Source: Bacteroidota bacterium (GTDB lineage: Bacteria > Bacteroidota > Ignavibacteria > UBA10030 > UBA8401). From it: a stretch of 64,000 nucleotides of DNA. The notes below the pieces were generated by a model. It was not told where the DNA came from and searched no databases. It saw only the letters and a list, made by a program, of their open reading frames with translations. Where the stretch lies: the NCBI GenBank assembly GCA_049578505.1, contig JBAUMC010000039.1, forward strand, positions 29,498 to 93,497, in the 5' to 3' direction. Below are positions 41,228 through 51,996 of this stretch, piece by piece (within the stretch, counting starts at the first letter, position 1; every line of letters starts with the position of its first letter). The translations under genes and the position numbers were made by a program.

Positions 41228-42397
41228 ATGGAAGAAGCAGGGTTCGACGTCCGACCGACGGAGAGCATGCTCATGGTGCAACAACTCGCCCGCGATTTTG
41301 CGGAAAAGGAGCTTCGCCCCGTCGTGATGAAGTACGACGAGAAGCAGGAATTTCCATTCGACATTGCCTCAAAACTCGGCGAGCTCGGTTTTCTCGGCGC
41401 GACGTTTCCGGAAGAATTTAACGGTGCAGGGCTTTCTCCTCTCGATTTCACGGTACTCGTAGAAGAAATTTCCAAAGTCGATCCTTCCATCGGGCTTAGC
41501 GTGTGCGCCCATAATGGATTGTGCGCATCGCATATTTTTCTTTTCGGCGATGAAACGCAAAAGAAAAAATATCTTCCCGATTTATGCTCCGGGAAAAAGC
41601 TCGGCGGTTGGGGTTTGACCGAATCGTCATCTGGTAGCGACGCCGGCGGAATGAGGACGACTGCAATCAAGTCGGAGGGCGCATGGATTATCAACGGCAC
41701 GAAGACGTTTATTACTCACGGTTCTGTCGGGCAAACATTTGTTGTGCTCGCCGTAACCGATCAATCGAAACCGCACTGCATATCGGCGTTTATTCTCGAA
41801 AAAGGGATGCCAGGTTTTTCCACGGGTAAAAAAGAAAACAAGCTTGGAATGCGGGCGAGCGATACCGCCTCGTTAATTTTTGACAACGTTCACGTTTCAT
41901 CGGAGAACCTTATCGGCATCGAGGGGGAGGGATTCAAACAGGCACTTCAGGTCCTTGATGGAGGGCGAATCGGTATCGCCGCGCTGTCGGTCGGCCTTGC
42001 CCAAGGGGCGCTCGATGCGAGCGTGAAATATGCAAAAGAGCGGCGTCAATTCGGAAAACCGTTGAGCGATTTTCAGGCAATTCAGTTTAAGTTAGCGGAT
42101 ATGGCATTGGAGGTGGAAGCCGCTCGCCTGTTGACGCGCAAAGCGGCGTTCTTGAAAATGCAGGGAGAAAATTTTACTCTCGCAGCCGCTCAGGCAAAAT
42201 ACTTCGCAAGCGAGGTTGCAACGAGGGCCGCAAACGAAGCGGTCCAGATTCACGGCGGGTACGGATTTATCAAAGACTTTCCGGTCGAGAAATTTTATCG
42301 CGATGTCAAGCTTCTCACCATCGGCGAGGGGACATCTGAAGTGCAGAAGATGGTGATCGCACGAAACCTTCTGCGTGATTCCTCGGACTCTCGTTAA
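41228..42397 (+). CDS. Acyl-CoA dehydrogenase (isovaleryl/short-branched-chain-CoA dehydrogenase-like)
   Basis: It has the ACAD three-domain architecture ([17 protein letters not shown] and the C-terminal catalytic Glu region [15 protein letters not shown]). RBS GAGGAG. Confidence 0.85.
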   Translation: MEEAGFDVRPTESMLMVQQLARDFAEKELRPVVMKYDEKQEFPFDIASKLGELGFLGATFPEEFNGAGLSPLDFTVLVEEISKVDPSIGLSVCAHNGLCASHIFLFGDETQKKKYLPDLCSGKKLGGWGLTESSSGSDAGGMRTTAIKSEGAWIINGTKTFITHGSVGQTFVVLAVTDQSKPHCISAFILEKGMPGFSTGKKENKLGMRASDTASLIFDNVHVSSENLIGIEGEGFKQALQVLDGGRIGIAALSVGLAQGALDASVKYAKERRQFGKPLSDFQAIQFKLADMALEVEAARLLTRKAAFLKMQGENFTLAAAQAKYFASEVATRAANEAVQIHGGYGFIKDFPVEKFYRDVKLLTIGEGTSEVQKMVIARNLLRDSSDSR

Positions 42398-42467
42398 TTC
42401 AGCGCAGATGACGGATTGTTTTTGGAAATGGGGGATGGGAAAGAACAAATTATCACGGTACTAACAG

Positions 42468-44123
42468 ATGTCGACGATCGGAACTGAAATACGGCGCGAC
42501 GATTCATTCAAAAAGAATGAAGAAGCTTCGCGAGCTCTGGCGCGATCGCATTCATCAAAGGCATCAAGCGTTCGGTTGGGAGGAGGCGATGATGCTATTG
42601 CTAAGCACCATAAGCGTAATAAGTTAACGGCCCGCGAGCGAATAGAGAAGTTAGTCGATCCGGCGAGCAAATTTTTAGAAGTCGGATTATTCGCGGCGTA
42701 TGAAATGTACGAAGGTTATGGTGGCGCACCTTCCGCGGGAGTTGTGTGCGGGGTTGGCATTGTTCAGGGAAGGGAGGTAGTTATTGTTGCCAACGATGCA
42801 ACCGTTAAAGCCGGTGCCTGGTTTCCGATGACGTGCAAAAAAAACCTTCGCGCACAGGAAATTTCCATTGAGAACCGCCTTCCGATTATCTACCTTGTCG
42901 ATTCCGCAGGAGTATTTCTTCCGTTGCAATCGGAAATTTTTCCAGATAAAGAACACTTCGGCAGAATATTCCGCAACAACGCCGTTATGTCTTCGATGGG
43001 GATCACGCAAATCGCGGCGATCATGGGACCGTGCGTAGCAGGGGGCGCGTATCTTCCCATCATGAGCGATGAGGCACTAATTGTCGACAAAACAGGGAGC
43101 GTGTTTCTTGCCGGCTCACATTTGGTGAAAGCAGCTATCGGTGAGGAAATTGATAACGAGTCGCTTGGAGGTGCCAGCGTTCAATGTGAAATCAGCGGCG
43201 TAACTGACCATAAAATGAAGAGCGAGGATGATTGTCTAAAGAAAATACGGAGCATTATCGGGAAGCTCGGCCATTCACCGAAAGCAGGGTTTGATCGTGC
43301 CAAACCCTCCTCCCCAAAATTCGACGAGAAAGAAATTTATGGCCTTATTCCATCCGAACGGACAAAACCGTACGATATGTACGAAATTCTGTCGCGTATT
43401 ATCGATGAGAGCGAATTGGACGAGTACAAATCGGGCTACGGAAAATCGATCATCACCGGCTATGCACGCGTAGACGGATGGGCCGTCGGCATTGTCGCGA
43501 ACCAACGGTCGATTGTAAAAACAGCAAAAGGTGAAATGCAAGTTGGGGGGGTCATTTATAGCGACAGCGCAGACAAGGCTGCCCGGTTCATTATGAATTG
43601 TAACCAAAAAAAAATTCCGCTCGTGTTCTTTCAGGATGTTACCGGTTTCATGGTTGGGAGCCGTGCCGAGCAGGGGGGTATCATTAAAGACGGCGCGAAG
43701 ATGGTCAACGCCGTTGCCAACTCCGTCGTACCGAAATTTACGTTTATAGTCGGGAACAGCTACGGTGCCGGTAATTATGCAATGTGCGGCAAGGCGTACG
43801 ACCCAAGGCTGATCTTCGCATGGCATTCCGCACAGATTGCCGTAATGGGAGGCAAGCAATCGAGCGAAACCCTCCTTGCGATAAAGGTACAGGCGATGGA
43901 AAAGGGGGGCGCTCACATTTCGGCCGAACAACAACAAACGCTATTGAAAGATATCCAAGCCCGCTATGAAAAGGAACTCGACCCCCTTTTTGCCGCATCA
44001 CGTCTGTGGGTTGACGATGTTGTAGGCCCGCTGGAAACTCGCCCGATTATTTCCCGCGGCATTGCGATGGCGGCGAATAACCCGAACATTCCGCAGTTCA
44101 ACCCCGGCGTCATACAGGCATAA
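42468..44123 (+). CDS. Acyl-CoA carboxylase carboxyltransferase subunit (methylcrotonyl-CoA carboxylase beta-like)
   Basis: A 551 aa ORF with N- and C-terminal crotonase-fold CT domains (IVANDATVKAGAW, GNSYGAGNYAMCG). The length and N-terminal extension fit the MCC-beta/GcdA type. Confidence 0.85.
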   Translation: MSTIGTEIRRDDSFKKNEEASRALARSHSSKASSVRLGGGDDAIAKHHKRNKLTARERIEKLVDPASKFLEVGLFAAYEMYEGYGGAPSAGVVCGVGIVQGREVVIVANDATVKAGAWFPMTCKKNLRAQEISIENRLPIIYLVDSAGVFLPLQSEIFPDKEHFGRIFRNNAVMSSMGITQIAAIMGPCVAGGAYLPIMSDEALIVDKTGSVFLAGSHLVKAAIGEEIDNESLGGASVQCEISGVTDHKMKSEDDCLKKIRSIIGKLGHSPKAGFDRAKPSSPKFDEKEIYGLIPSERTKPYDMYEILSRIIDESELDEYKSGYGKSIITGYARVDGWAVGIVANQRSIVKTAKGEMQVGGVIYSDSADKAARFIMNCNQKKIPLVFFQDVTGFMVGSRAEQGGIIKDGAKMVNAVANSVVPKFTFIVGNSYGAGNYAMCGKAYDPRLIFAWHSAQIAVMGGKQSSETLLAIKVQAMEKGGAHISAEQQQTLLKDIQARYEKELDPLFAASRLWVDDVVGPLETRPIISRGIAMAANNPNIPQFNPGVIQA

Positions 44124-44125
44124 CT

Positions 44126-44878
44126 ATGCACCGCGCCGCCCTGTGTGGCTTTTTTGTTGTTCAAGCTATTTTTCTTGGATCGCTTTCGATAGCACAAATT
44201 CGCATCGATTCTTCTGATCATCGCCCCTTCGATCCTGCACATTTCGACCCAGCCGATACTCTTTGCGATTGGGATTACTCGACCGAAGATTCATCGTTGA
44301 TTAGCTTCCAGTATTTTCTTCCAGCAGTTTTCAGAGATGAGAGTACGCTCAAGCGCTACATCCGCGATCCCCGATTCCAGCAATTGCGCCGAACGTGCAG
44401 CGACACATTGGCCGTCGATGCCATCTTTGCGCGCGCCTTCGACATTGCCGATGGGACGATGAGCCACGCGCTGTTGATAGCCACCCTTGCTACGTTTGAT
44501 CATTTTCGTTTGGGCATCAAAATTCCACTGGTTGGAGCAATTTATCTGCCGCTGACTATTGTCGAATCGCGCAGAGGGTTTACTGAGCGGTATTCACGGT
44601 TGCCGAGGCATGTCCTGCCGGACATTGAGGGGTTGCGGAAAAGAGACAGAGACAAACTGCAGCATTTTTTTGGCTCGGCATACCTCACATACATTTTCAG
44701 TTCGAAGACGATAGCAAACTATTTCGGGGATTTTATAGAATGGGGCGAGCCGCCGTTTATTGTTGGCGGTGATTATGATGAACGGGATAAATTCGCTAAC
44801 CATCTTGGCCAGGAATTCGGAATGAGGTTGCTTGACGGCGAAGAAGTCATGCCATCCGACGTGTTGTGGCGGAAATAA
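44126..44878 (+). CDS. Hypothetical secreted protein (250 aa)
   Basis: It has a signal-peptide-like N-terminus and starts 3 nt after the carboxyltransferase stop. No recognisable domain. Confidence 0.5.
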   Translation: MHRAALCGFFVVQAIFLGSLSIAQIRIDSSDHRPFDPAHFDPADTLCDWDYSTEDSSLISFQYFLPAVFRDESTLKRYIRDPRFQQLRRTCSDTLAVDAIFARAFDIADGTMSHALLIATLATFDHFRLGIKIPLVGAIYLPLTIVESRRGFTERYSRLPRHVLPDIEGLRKRDRDKLQHFFGSAYLTYIFSSKTIANYFGDFIEWGEPPFIVGGDYDERDKFANHLGQEFGMRLLDGEEVMPSDVLWRK

Positions 44879-44952
44879 AAGACTGAGGTGACCTCTTGCG
44901 GTTCTTGTTGAGCCTTTGTGAGAAGTCTATAAGCCGCATCCCTTCAACTGAT

Positions 44953-45600
44953 TTACCTCACTATTTTAAAATTAAAATTCGGGCTCTGGAAAGCTCCCAT
45001 CAAACGAATCCATATCGGCAGCAGCATTTCAGTTCCCCGCGCGGTCGTAATATCGCCGATATCGATGACGCTCTTCCAGCCAAACCAATTCTTTAAGATG
45101 TCCGTGACTTTCGCTTTTGCGTCGGCGTCATTTCCGCTGATAAAAGCATCATGATTCCCCGGAACAAGCGAAGGGTTAACCATGATGTTGCAATTCATCG
45201 TGTTCAAAGTCTTAACGACTTTCACGGCGGGATAGGTTCGCTGAATCTGTTCTCCCAGTGAATCCGAGTTGCAAACGGTAAGAGTGGGGGGCATCCCTTT
45301 GGAGAAGTCAAGTGGATTAGAGATGTCGATTAAAATTTTAGCATTCATGTTCACGGCACCTGCAAGTTTCAGTGCCTCCAATGCAGCCATCCCTGATGTG
45401 CAATTAAAAAGAATCTCTCCATACGATGCTGCATCGGCAAATGTTCCCTGCGAAGCTGTGGCCCCGCCTGTTTTTACCCAATCGGCTGCTTTCTCGTTGT
45501 TGGCGGTGCGTGAACCCATTTTTACGCTATGACCAAGCTGCACCAATTTTGTGCCGATTGCTTTTCCGACTACTCCCGTTCCTAAAATACCGATTTTCAT
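44953..45600 (-). CDS. NADP oxidoreductase, coenzyme F420-dependent family (NADPH-dependent reductase-like Rossmann protein)
   Basis: The N-terminal motif MKIGILGTGVVGKAIG and ~215 aa length are typical of the Npd/F420-dependent NADP reductase family. Confidence 0.7.
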   Translation of the reverse strand: MKIGILGTGVVGKAIGTKLVQLGHSVKMGSRTANNEKAADWVKTGGATASQGTFADAASYGEILFNCTSGMAALEALKLAGAVNMNAKILIDISNPLDFSKGMPPTLTVCNSDSLGEQIQRTYPAVKVVKTLNTMNCNIMVNPSLVPGNHDAFISGNDADAKAKVTDILKNWFGWKSVIDIGDITTARGTEMLLPIWIRLMGAFQSPNFNFKIVR

Positions 45601-45732
45601 GGATACTCCTGTGGGCTAATAGTGAGTATAATATAAGTTGATTGTTCTGGTTTTTGGATTGGATACTTTGCTAACGCCGTGAACGGCTTCGCAGTTCCCG
45701 GAAGACAAGTTTTCCCCTTACCGAGAAAACTG

Positions 45733-46575
45733 TCATTTGAGGACTATCCATTTTGTATCGATCGTATAAGCAGCGAAATAACCAAGAGAGCCATTGCTGA
45801 TATTAGTAGTGGGGTTCGCTGGGGAGAGGGAGGTCGGGGCCCGGTCGGAGATAAGGATGTCGTTGAGTGTGTTGAAGTAATCGTACGCCGCTTTGTCGAT
45901 CGAATACAGTGATATGGTAATTGTGTCACCGGCAACGACCAGCCTGCCTGCTCTGATTCTTTCCATCATTTCATTCCCGTTTGTCAACTTATCGGTGTAT
46001 AGGCGGTATCGCCGCCCGTCAATCGAATCGGTGGGGATAACCACGCTCGAAGTTGCATTTATTCGATAGTAGTTTCCCGGTTCGGGGGGGTCTTTGAACG
46101 AGACGTAAATGTCGTATCCAGGTCCTTCCCCGCGGGATGCATTCCTGACTAACGCATACAATGAATCTATAAAAACTTTTTTGGGCATTGAAGATGTTGC
46201 ATTATATTGTTTGCCTTCCGAGTTCACGAACATTGTATATGTGCTGCCGGCAACTCCGAGAAGTGTTGATGACAAATATGTCCCGCTGGCCGCCTCCTTT
46301 AATGTATCTATCTGGCCAAAATTATCTGTTACGATGATGACGGCGTTGGAGACAGGGGGGAAATGGAGAGACGGGGCAAAGTAGTCACCCGACATGCTCA
46401 ACTTCACTGAGTAAGGACCCGGTTGGTCGGTCACGATTCCTTCAATCACAAGTCGCGGATTGGCATTGTTCAGGTCTATCGAAACAACTTTCTGACACCC
46501 GATGAAAAAAATCGGTGCGAGTGTTATAGGGAGCAGAATTCTTTTTGAAACCGCATACAGCATATTGATCCTCAT
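45733..46575 (-). CDS. DUF4249-family lipoprotein (partner of CarboxypepD_reg-type TonB receptors)
   Basis: The lipobox is ...IFFIGCQ. It lies directly downstream of the TonB receptor gene, and the RBS AGGATGGAG overlaps the receptor stop. Confidence 0.7.
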   Translation of the reverse strand: MRINMLYAVSKRILLPITLAPIFFIGCQKVVSIDLNNANPRLVIEGIVTDQPGPYSVKLSMSGDYFAPSLHFPPVSNAVIIVTDNFGQIDTLKEAASGTYLSSTLLGVAGSTYTMFVNSEGKQYNATSSMPKKVFIDSLYALVRNASRGEGPGYDIYVSFKDPPEPGNYYRINATSSVVIPTDSIDGRRYRLYTDKLTNGNEMMERIRAGRLVVAGDTITISLYSIDKAAYDYFNTLNDILISDRAPTSLSPANPTTNISNGSLGYFAAYTIDTKWIVLK

Positions 46576-46590
46576 GGAAACAGCTCCATC

Positions 46591-48915
46591 CTAAAAATTA
46601 AAGTTGTACGTTGCAGACGGAATGATCGGAAAAAAGGTAGTTTGCAACGCTTCAGTTTGACTAGGATTGTTAGGATTCTGAATGAAATTGATGGAATAGG
46701 CATTCCACCTATCGTATGCGTTGTAGATCGAAAAATTCAGGTTTGAATGTGGTCCTAAAGTCCAGGTTGCCGATAAGTCGAGGCGGCTATAGGGGGGCAT
46801 GCGGTAACCGTTTCGTTCGGTGTACAGTGGAATAAGTCGACTGTCGACCCAATAATTTCCGCTCGGAAATGTGACGGCATTGCCCGTATAATAGACCCAT
46901 GTGGCCGAAAAAGTCCACTGAGCGGAGTAGTTGTATATTCCAACAATAGAAATATCATGAGTACGATCTTGCGTAGCGGGGTAAGGTTGTCCGTTGTTGA
47001 TCGCTGGAAATTGCTGCTGAGTTCTGGCTAAAGTGTACGATATCCATCCGCTAAACTGGCCGTAGTTTTTACGGATGAGAAATTCCGCTCCATAGCTCCA
47101 TCCTCTGCCATAGCGCAGGAGAGCTTCAACATTTGGATTAAGCTGCAGGTCTGCTCCGTTGGCATAATCGATCAGGTTCTGCATGTCCTTGTAATATATT
47201 TCCAACGAAGTCTCGTATTTGTTATCATCGAAATTTCTAAAGTATCCCACGGACGTTTGGTCCGCATATTGCGGCTTCACATTATTGCTGCTCGGGACCC
47301 ATAGATCGCTTGGGTTGGATGTGACTGAGTTCGAAAGCAGGTGAAGGTATTGTGTCGTTCGAGCATACGAAGCCTTGATGGAACTCGTTTCGTCAATGCT
47401 AAGGTTTGCGGCGATCCGGGGCTCCGGACTAGTATACGTTTTGATGACATCGCCCGACCCGTACGTTGCTGTATCGGTAACATTGCCGTTGTTATCGTAC
47501 GAATAGATGTGCGCAGGACCGATAAGAGTGAAGGTAGAGAATCTCAGACCATAGTTAAGCTTGAGACCGGTGAGGACGTCGACTTCATCGGACACGTACG
47601 CCGCGTTTTCCGATGCGTACCTGTTCTCGATGCTGAAGGAATTGAACGAACCTATCGAAGTTGCAGTGACGCTTCCAGGCAGGAACGTGTGATAAATCGA
47701 ACTGATGCCAAACTTGAGCGAGTTGTGAGATGATATGAAGTATTGAAGGTCGGTTTTGAAGTCGTAATCCCTTATGCCGGATGTGATGTTGAATTGTGCG
47801 GTTCCCGATGTCACGTTGTTGGTGTATTCGTAGTCGCTGTAGATCAGCGATGTATTCGAAAAGAGATTGTCGGCAAAAATGTGGTTCCACCGCAGAGTGC
47901 CTGTCGTATTCCCCCAATTGAATCCGAAAACATTCGGATAGTTGAAATTGTCTCTTCCAAAGTACCCGGAGATGAATATTTTGTCTTGTTGCCCCAGAGA
48001 GTAATTTGCTTTCGCATTGAGGTCGTAGAAGTAAAGACTTGCGCGGTTGATCGATGTGTCGCTTGAGAGACGAAGAAAGAGGTCGGCGTAGGTCCTTCTC
48101 GCCGAGATGATGAATGAGCCTTCGTCCTTTACGATTGGTCCGTCAATTGTGAGGCGCGACGCGAGGAGCCCGATGCCGCCCGTTCCTTCAAACTCTTTAT
48201 CGTTCCCGTCGTTCGTTCGAATATCCAAAACGGAGGAGAGGCGGCCGCCGTATTCGGCAGGCATGCCCCCGGTAATAACTTTGACATCTTTGACGGCGTC
48301 GGAGTTGAAAACCGACAGAAAGCCGAGTAAATGCGAAGAATTGTACACTGTCGCTTCATCCAACACAATTAGGTTTTGGTCAACACCCCCGCCTCGCGCA
48401 TAAAAGCCCGTTCCCCCTTCCCCTGCGCCTTCTATTCCGGGAAGCAATTGAATTGTTTTCAGGATATCCCTTTCGCCAAGCAGTACTGGAATCGATTTAA
48501 CTTCGCGCACTTCCAGATTGTTGGAGCCCATTTCCGTGGACGTGACGTTTTTATCCGACCGGTCGGCGGTTACCACCACCTCTCCAACTTTGACGAGATC
48601 CGGCGCAAGGGGAAAGTTTATTATCCGATCTTTGTCAAGCGTCACCGTGTCAATCATTGTGTGGAAGCCTACAAATTGGACCACGAGGGTGTATTTTCCC
48701 TGCGGTATCGTAAGCGAGTAAAAACCATATGCGTTAGAGGAGGCGCCAACGGTTTTCAGCTCTTTGACAAGTATCGAAGCACCAATAAGTGCCTCCCCGG
48801 TTTCGGCGTTCTTGATCGTTCCGCTAAAGGTACGGTTGGTTTGCGCAGCCAAAGTATTCGATGTGCAAATGGAAAGGAAGGAAGCGAGGAAGAGTGGAAC
48901 AAGTAATGATTTCAT
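46591..48915 (-). CDS. TonB-dependent receptor with N-terminal carboxypeptidase-regulatory-like domain
   Basis: It has a signal peptide (start chosen at MKSLLVPLFLASFLS), a CarbopepD_reg region (SGTIKNAETGEALIGASILVKE...GFYSL), a plug and a large barrel. The ORF-track start at 49008 gives a 31-aa non-signal extension. Confidence 0.85.
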   Translation of the reverse strand: MKSLLVPLFLASFLSICTSNTLAAQTNRTFSGTIKNAETGEALIGASILVKELKTVGASSNAYGFYSLTIPQGKYTLVVQFVGFHTMIDTVTLDKDRIINFPLAPDLVKVGEVVVTADRSDKNVTSTEMGSNNLEVREVKSIPVLLGERDILKTIQLLPGIEGAGEGGTGFYARGGGVDQNLIVLDEATVYNSSHLLGFLSVFNSDAVKDVKVITGGMPAEYGGRLSSVLDIRTNDGNDKEFEGTGGIGLLASRLTIDGPIVKDEGSFIISARRTYADLFLRLSSDTSINRASLYFYDLNAKANYSLGQQDKIFISGYFGRDNFNYPNVFGFNWGNTTGTLRWNHIFADNLFSNTSLIYSDYEYTNNVTSGTAQFNITSGIRDYDFKTDLQYFISSHNSLKFGISSIYHTFLPGSVTATSIGSFNSFSIENRYASENAAYVSDEVDVLTGLKLNYGLRFSTFTLIGPAHIYSYDNNGNVTDTATYGSGDVIKTYTSPEPRIAANLSIDETSSIKASYARTTQYLHLLSNSVTSNPSDLWVPSSNNVKPQYADQTSVGYFRNFDDNKYETSLEIYYKDMQNLIDYANGADLQLNPNVEALLRYGRGWSYGAEFLIRKNYGQFSGWISYTLARTQQQFPAINNGQPYPATQDRTHDISIVGIYNYSAQWTFSATWVYYTGNAVTFPSGNYWVDSRLIPLYTERNGYRMPPYSRLDLSATWTLGPHSNLNFSIYNAYDRWNAYSINFIQNPNNPSQTEALQTTFFPIIPSATYNFNF

Positions 48916-49528
48916 AGTAGCATACAACGTCCGTTTATACAACGTAGTTCCGTCCTCGAAATTGTTACAAAGTTTCTGCTTCATTTCAAAAGCGTGGAGC
49001 TGCTCCACCTATTTACTTTCTGTGAACCATATCTCAATCTAGGAATTGCCGAACGCAAAGCTAATGCCGGTAGTAGAAATTTTCCTCTCGGAACAGTCCT
49101 GAACTGTCTGTGACGCTGTATAGAGAATAGACCACAGGGGGATAAATAGGTCTAAGGGCACAAAGTCCTCGCTGAATAGGTCCATCCTAAAAATTATTGT
49201 ATCAATTCAGCCTGACTTTACGGCTCCTTAAGTTGTAATGCAGAAAAGAGGTTTTTATGAGCGTATGGATCTCAACTCACAGGGATCTTCTCGCTGATCA
49301 AGCCAGGACCCCGCTCAAGGCTTTCGGTTTCAAAAGGTCCTGTTTGTTAGACAGCAGGAGTGGATCAGTTATTCCATTGTAAGGCAATAAATTCATGGAT
49401 CAAACAATCTCCACTTTAGCATTTGCGCTTTGCGATTCCTCTCAAGCCTCGTTCTTATTGAATATTCCTCAGGCATGTGCGAAGAAGGAGGTTCGAAGGA
49501 CACGTTCCGAGACGGGGTCAATGCCACC

Positions 49529-51223
49529 TCAATTTGTATAGAGATAGCGCTTGATTTTTTGCGTCGGAGTTTTCTCGAATGGCTCCGTTTGTTCGATCAC
49601 CTTGCCAATGCGGGAGAATGACGAAACCTGCTCGTTGACCTGTTTCCGCACATCTTCCAAAAGGAGAGTAATATGGTCTTGGACCTCCGTTTCGCTAAGA
49701 TGTTTTTCCGAGAATTCGATGTCGAGCTTTTCGTAGTCTAGGTGGATTCTCACCGCCAGAGAGTCTTGATCTTGAAAAACAAGAGATTCAAGCACGACGT
49801 CGGAGCGGTTCACAATAGATTCGATCGCCTCTGGATAAATATTTTCCCCGCTGGGTCCTACGATCACATTTTTTATACGGCCTTTAATGTAGAGATAATT
49901 ATCAGAGTCGATGAAACCGAGGTCTCCAGTTTTGAGCCAACCGTCAGGTGAGAGCGCCTCCCCCGTCCGGTCAGGGTCATTGTAATACCCTTGCATGACC
50001 GTATCGCCCCGTACTAGTATTTCGCCTTCACCGGTTTTTGGATCGGCGTGATCAATTTTAATTTCAACCCCCGGAATAGGCGGGCCAGTGGATCGGAATC
50101 TCGTACGCTTAGCATTTGTTCCGGCAATGAGCGGAGACGTTTCCGTCAGCCCGTAGCCGACGGCGTAGGGAAAACCTGCTTCCCGCAGAAACTTTTCCAC
50201 CTCGGAAGATAACGCAGCGCCGCCGATGCAAAACATTTTCAGATTGCCCCCGAAAATTGCCTGCAATTTCTTCCCTGCCATTTTATTGATGCGTTTCCGT
50301 AAAAGAGGGAACCTGTACATTAACCTGATCAGTTTCTTCTTGGCGATTTCGGGGGCAATACGCGATTTGTACATCTTTTCGATAATGAGGGGGACAGAAA
50401 GTATGATCGTCGGTTTTACTGCGGCGAGCGCAGGGAGCATAATTGCAGCTGTCGGCGGCTTCCGCAGATAGTAGACCGCCGCACCTCTCATGATTGGCAA
50501 TATCAGGCCTAACGTACATTCGTAGACATGCGCAAGGGGCAGAATTGAGAGCATTCGGTCTTCGTCTATGACGTCGACGATCTCCGTCGTTGAAATCGCA
50601 TCCGAGACCAAATTTTTGTGCGAGAGCATTACTCCTTTTGAATGGCCTGTCGTCCCCGACGTATAGACAATCGATGCGAGGCTCTCTTCTTCAATTTGGA
50701 TCGGGAGGATTCCCGCGATTCGCAGCACAATGGATTTGATCTTCTTAAGTTCTTTGCTCCCATCTGCAAGGAGTTTTTTTAGCCGCGCTTTTGAAGTGTC
50801 GGCGCCGATGATCGAAAAATCATCAAGCAGTACTACCGCTGTAAAATCGTTAAGGTCAAAGTCTTCGATCTTATGGAAAAAACGTTCGGAGACAAATACC
50901 GCTTTGCTCTCCGAATGGCGGAGGATGTGATGAACTTCCGAAGCGTGGAAGTCCGGAAGAATCGGAACTGCAACGGCCCCCATCGTTGTCACGGCGAAAA
51001 ATGCGATTCCCCAATTCGGACTATTTTCACCGACGATGGCAACCCTGTCGCCCTCTGCGACCCCTTGATCCTGCAGAAATGCAGAGAGGCGATCTACCTG
51101 ATTTTTAAGCTCGGAATAGTTGATCGGATTGCCGTCCGCGTACGACAGAGCTGTACGCTGAGGGTAAAATTGAGTGCTTCGTTTGAGCACCGCTTGCAGA
51201 GTTTGACGTTCAAGCTGCCACAA
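49529..51223 (-). CDS. fadD: Long-chain-fatty-acid--CoA ligase (AMP-dependent synthetase)
   Basis: The AMP-binding motif IVYTSGTTGHSKGVMLSH and the Gly-rich and C-terminal lid motifs are present. Confidence 0.9.
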   Translation of the reverse strand: MWQLERQTLQAVLKRSTQFYPQRTALSYADGNPINYSELKNQVDRLSAFLQDQGVAEGDRVAIVGENSPNWGIAFFAVTTMGAVAVPILPDFHASEVHHILRHSESKAVFVSERFFHKIEDFDLNDFTAVVLLDDFSIIGADTSKARLKKLLADGSKELKKIKSIVLRIAGILPIQIEEESLASIVYTSGTTGHSKGVMLSHKNLVSDAISTTEIVDVIDEDRMLSILPLAHVYECTLGLILPIMRGAAVYYLRKPPTAAIMLPALAAVKPTIILSVPLIIEKMYKSRIAPEIAKKKLIRLMYRFPLLRKRINKMAGKKLQAIFGGNLKMFCIGGAALSSEVEKFLREAGFPYAVGYGLTETSPLIAGTNAKRTRFRSTGPPIPGVEIKIDHADPKTGEGEILVRGDTVMQGYYNDPDRTGEALSPDGWLKTGDLGFIDSDNYLYIKGRIKNVIVGPSGENIYPEAIESIVNRSDVVLESLVFQDQDSLAVRIHLDYEKLDIEFSEKHLSETEVQDHITLLLEDVRKQVNEQVSSFSRIGKVIEQTEPFEKTPTQKIKRYLYTN

Positions 51224-51234
51224 TTTCTTTTTCC

Positions 51235-51996
51235 TTATTTGCGTTCAGACGTGATGGAAAATGTTGAATCTGTTCGTGTTCGAAAAACCTCATACATGAC
51301 TAATGCCCCCGCGACCGACGCGTTAAGCGAATCGAAGGACCCAGCCATTGGAATCTTGACGAGAAAATCGCATTTCTCTTTCACCAGCCGCCTGATACCT
51401 TTGCCTTCGTTTCCGATGACGAGCGCAATCGGCATGGAATAATCGACTTCGGCAATCGTCTTCTGCGCGTTAGCGTCGGTGCCGACAATCCAGACCCCTT
51501 TTTCTTTAAGCTCTTCGATTGTGGCGACGATGTTTGTTACTTTTGCGATAGGGAAATGAGCGCTGGCGCCGGCGGAGGTCTTGGCAACTGTTTCGTTTAT
51601 TGGCGCGGCGTTGTGTTTTGGGATGATCCCACCGTGTGCGCCGAAACAGACCGCAGTCCGAATAAGGGCCCCGAGGTTATGCGGGTCTTCGATCTCGTCG
51701 AAGAGAAGAATGAACGCTTTCTCATTTTTTGCAGAAGGGATTGAAAGGATTTCGTCGACATCGGCGTATTCTTTGACTCCAACAACTGCGACGACCCCTT
51801 GCGAGGATGCAGTTCGTGAGAGTTTCTCGATAAGGTGTTTGTCGGCGTCTGCGCAGAGAATATTTTTTTGCCGTGCGAGGCTTCGGATCATATCAATCGG
51901 CTCGCCGTGGGTTCCACGGAGGATGTAGATTTTTTCGATCGGCATGCCGGCGTTCAATGCTTCAATTACCGGCTTCCGTCCTACAACGACGTTCAT
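51235..51996 (-). CDS. rlmB: 23S rRNA (guanosine-2'-O)-methyltransferase, SpoU/TrmH family
   Basis: The SpoU methylase motifs are HNLGALIRTA and VIGNEGKGI, and an N-terminal substrate-binding domain is present. Confidence 0.85.
   Translation of the reverse strand: MNVVVGRKPVIEALNAGMPIEKIYILRGTHGEPIDMIRSLARQKNILCADADKHLIEKLSRTASSQGVVAVVGVKEYADVDEILSIPSAKNEKAFILLFDEIEDPHNLGALIRTAVCFGAHGGIIPKHNAAPINETVAKTSAGASAHFPIAKVTNIVATIEELKEKGVWIVGTDANAQKTIAEVDYSMPIALVIGNEGKGIRRLVKEKCDFLVKIPMAGSFDSLNASVAGALVMYEVFRTRTDSTFSITSERK

Noticed and set aside
46585-49196. 16-nt exact repeat TCCATCCTAAAAATTA at 46585-46600 and 49181-49196
   Set aside because: A single 16-mer duplicate in 64 kb is close to chance expectation. 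The first copy is simply the stop-codon / RBS (AGGATGGAG) junction of the TonB receptor and DUF4249 genes.
49009-49528. 520-bp intergenic region upstream of the CarboxypepD_reg TonB receptor, with a possible 49-aa minus-strand ORF starting near 49186
   Set aside because: There is no conserved motif, hairpin or homology I could support. The region is most simply the promoter/leader of the receptor plus the 3' UTR of fadD.
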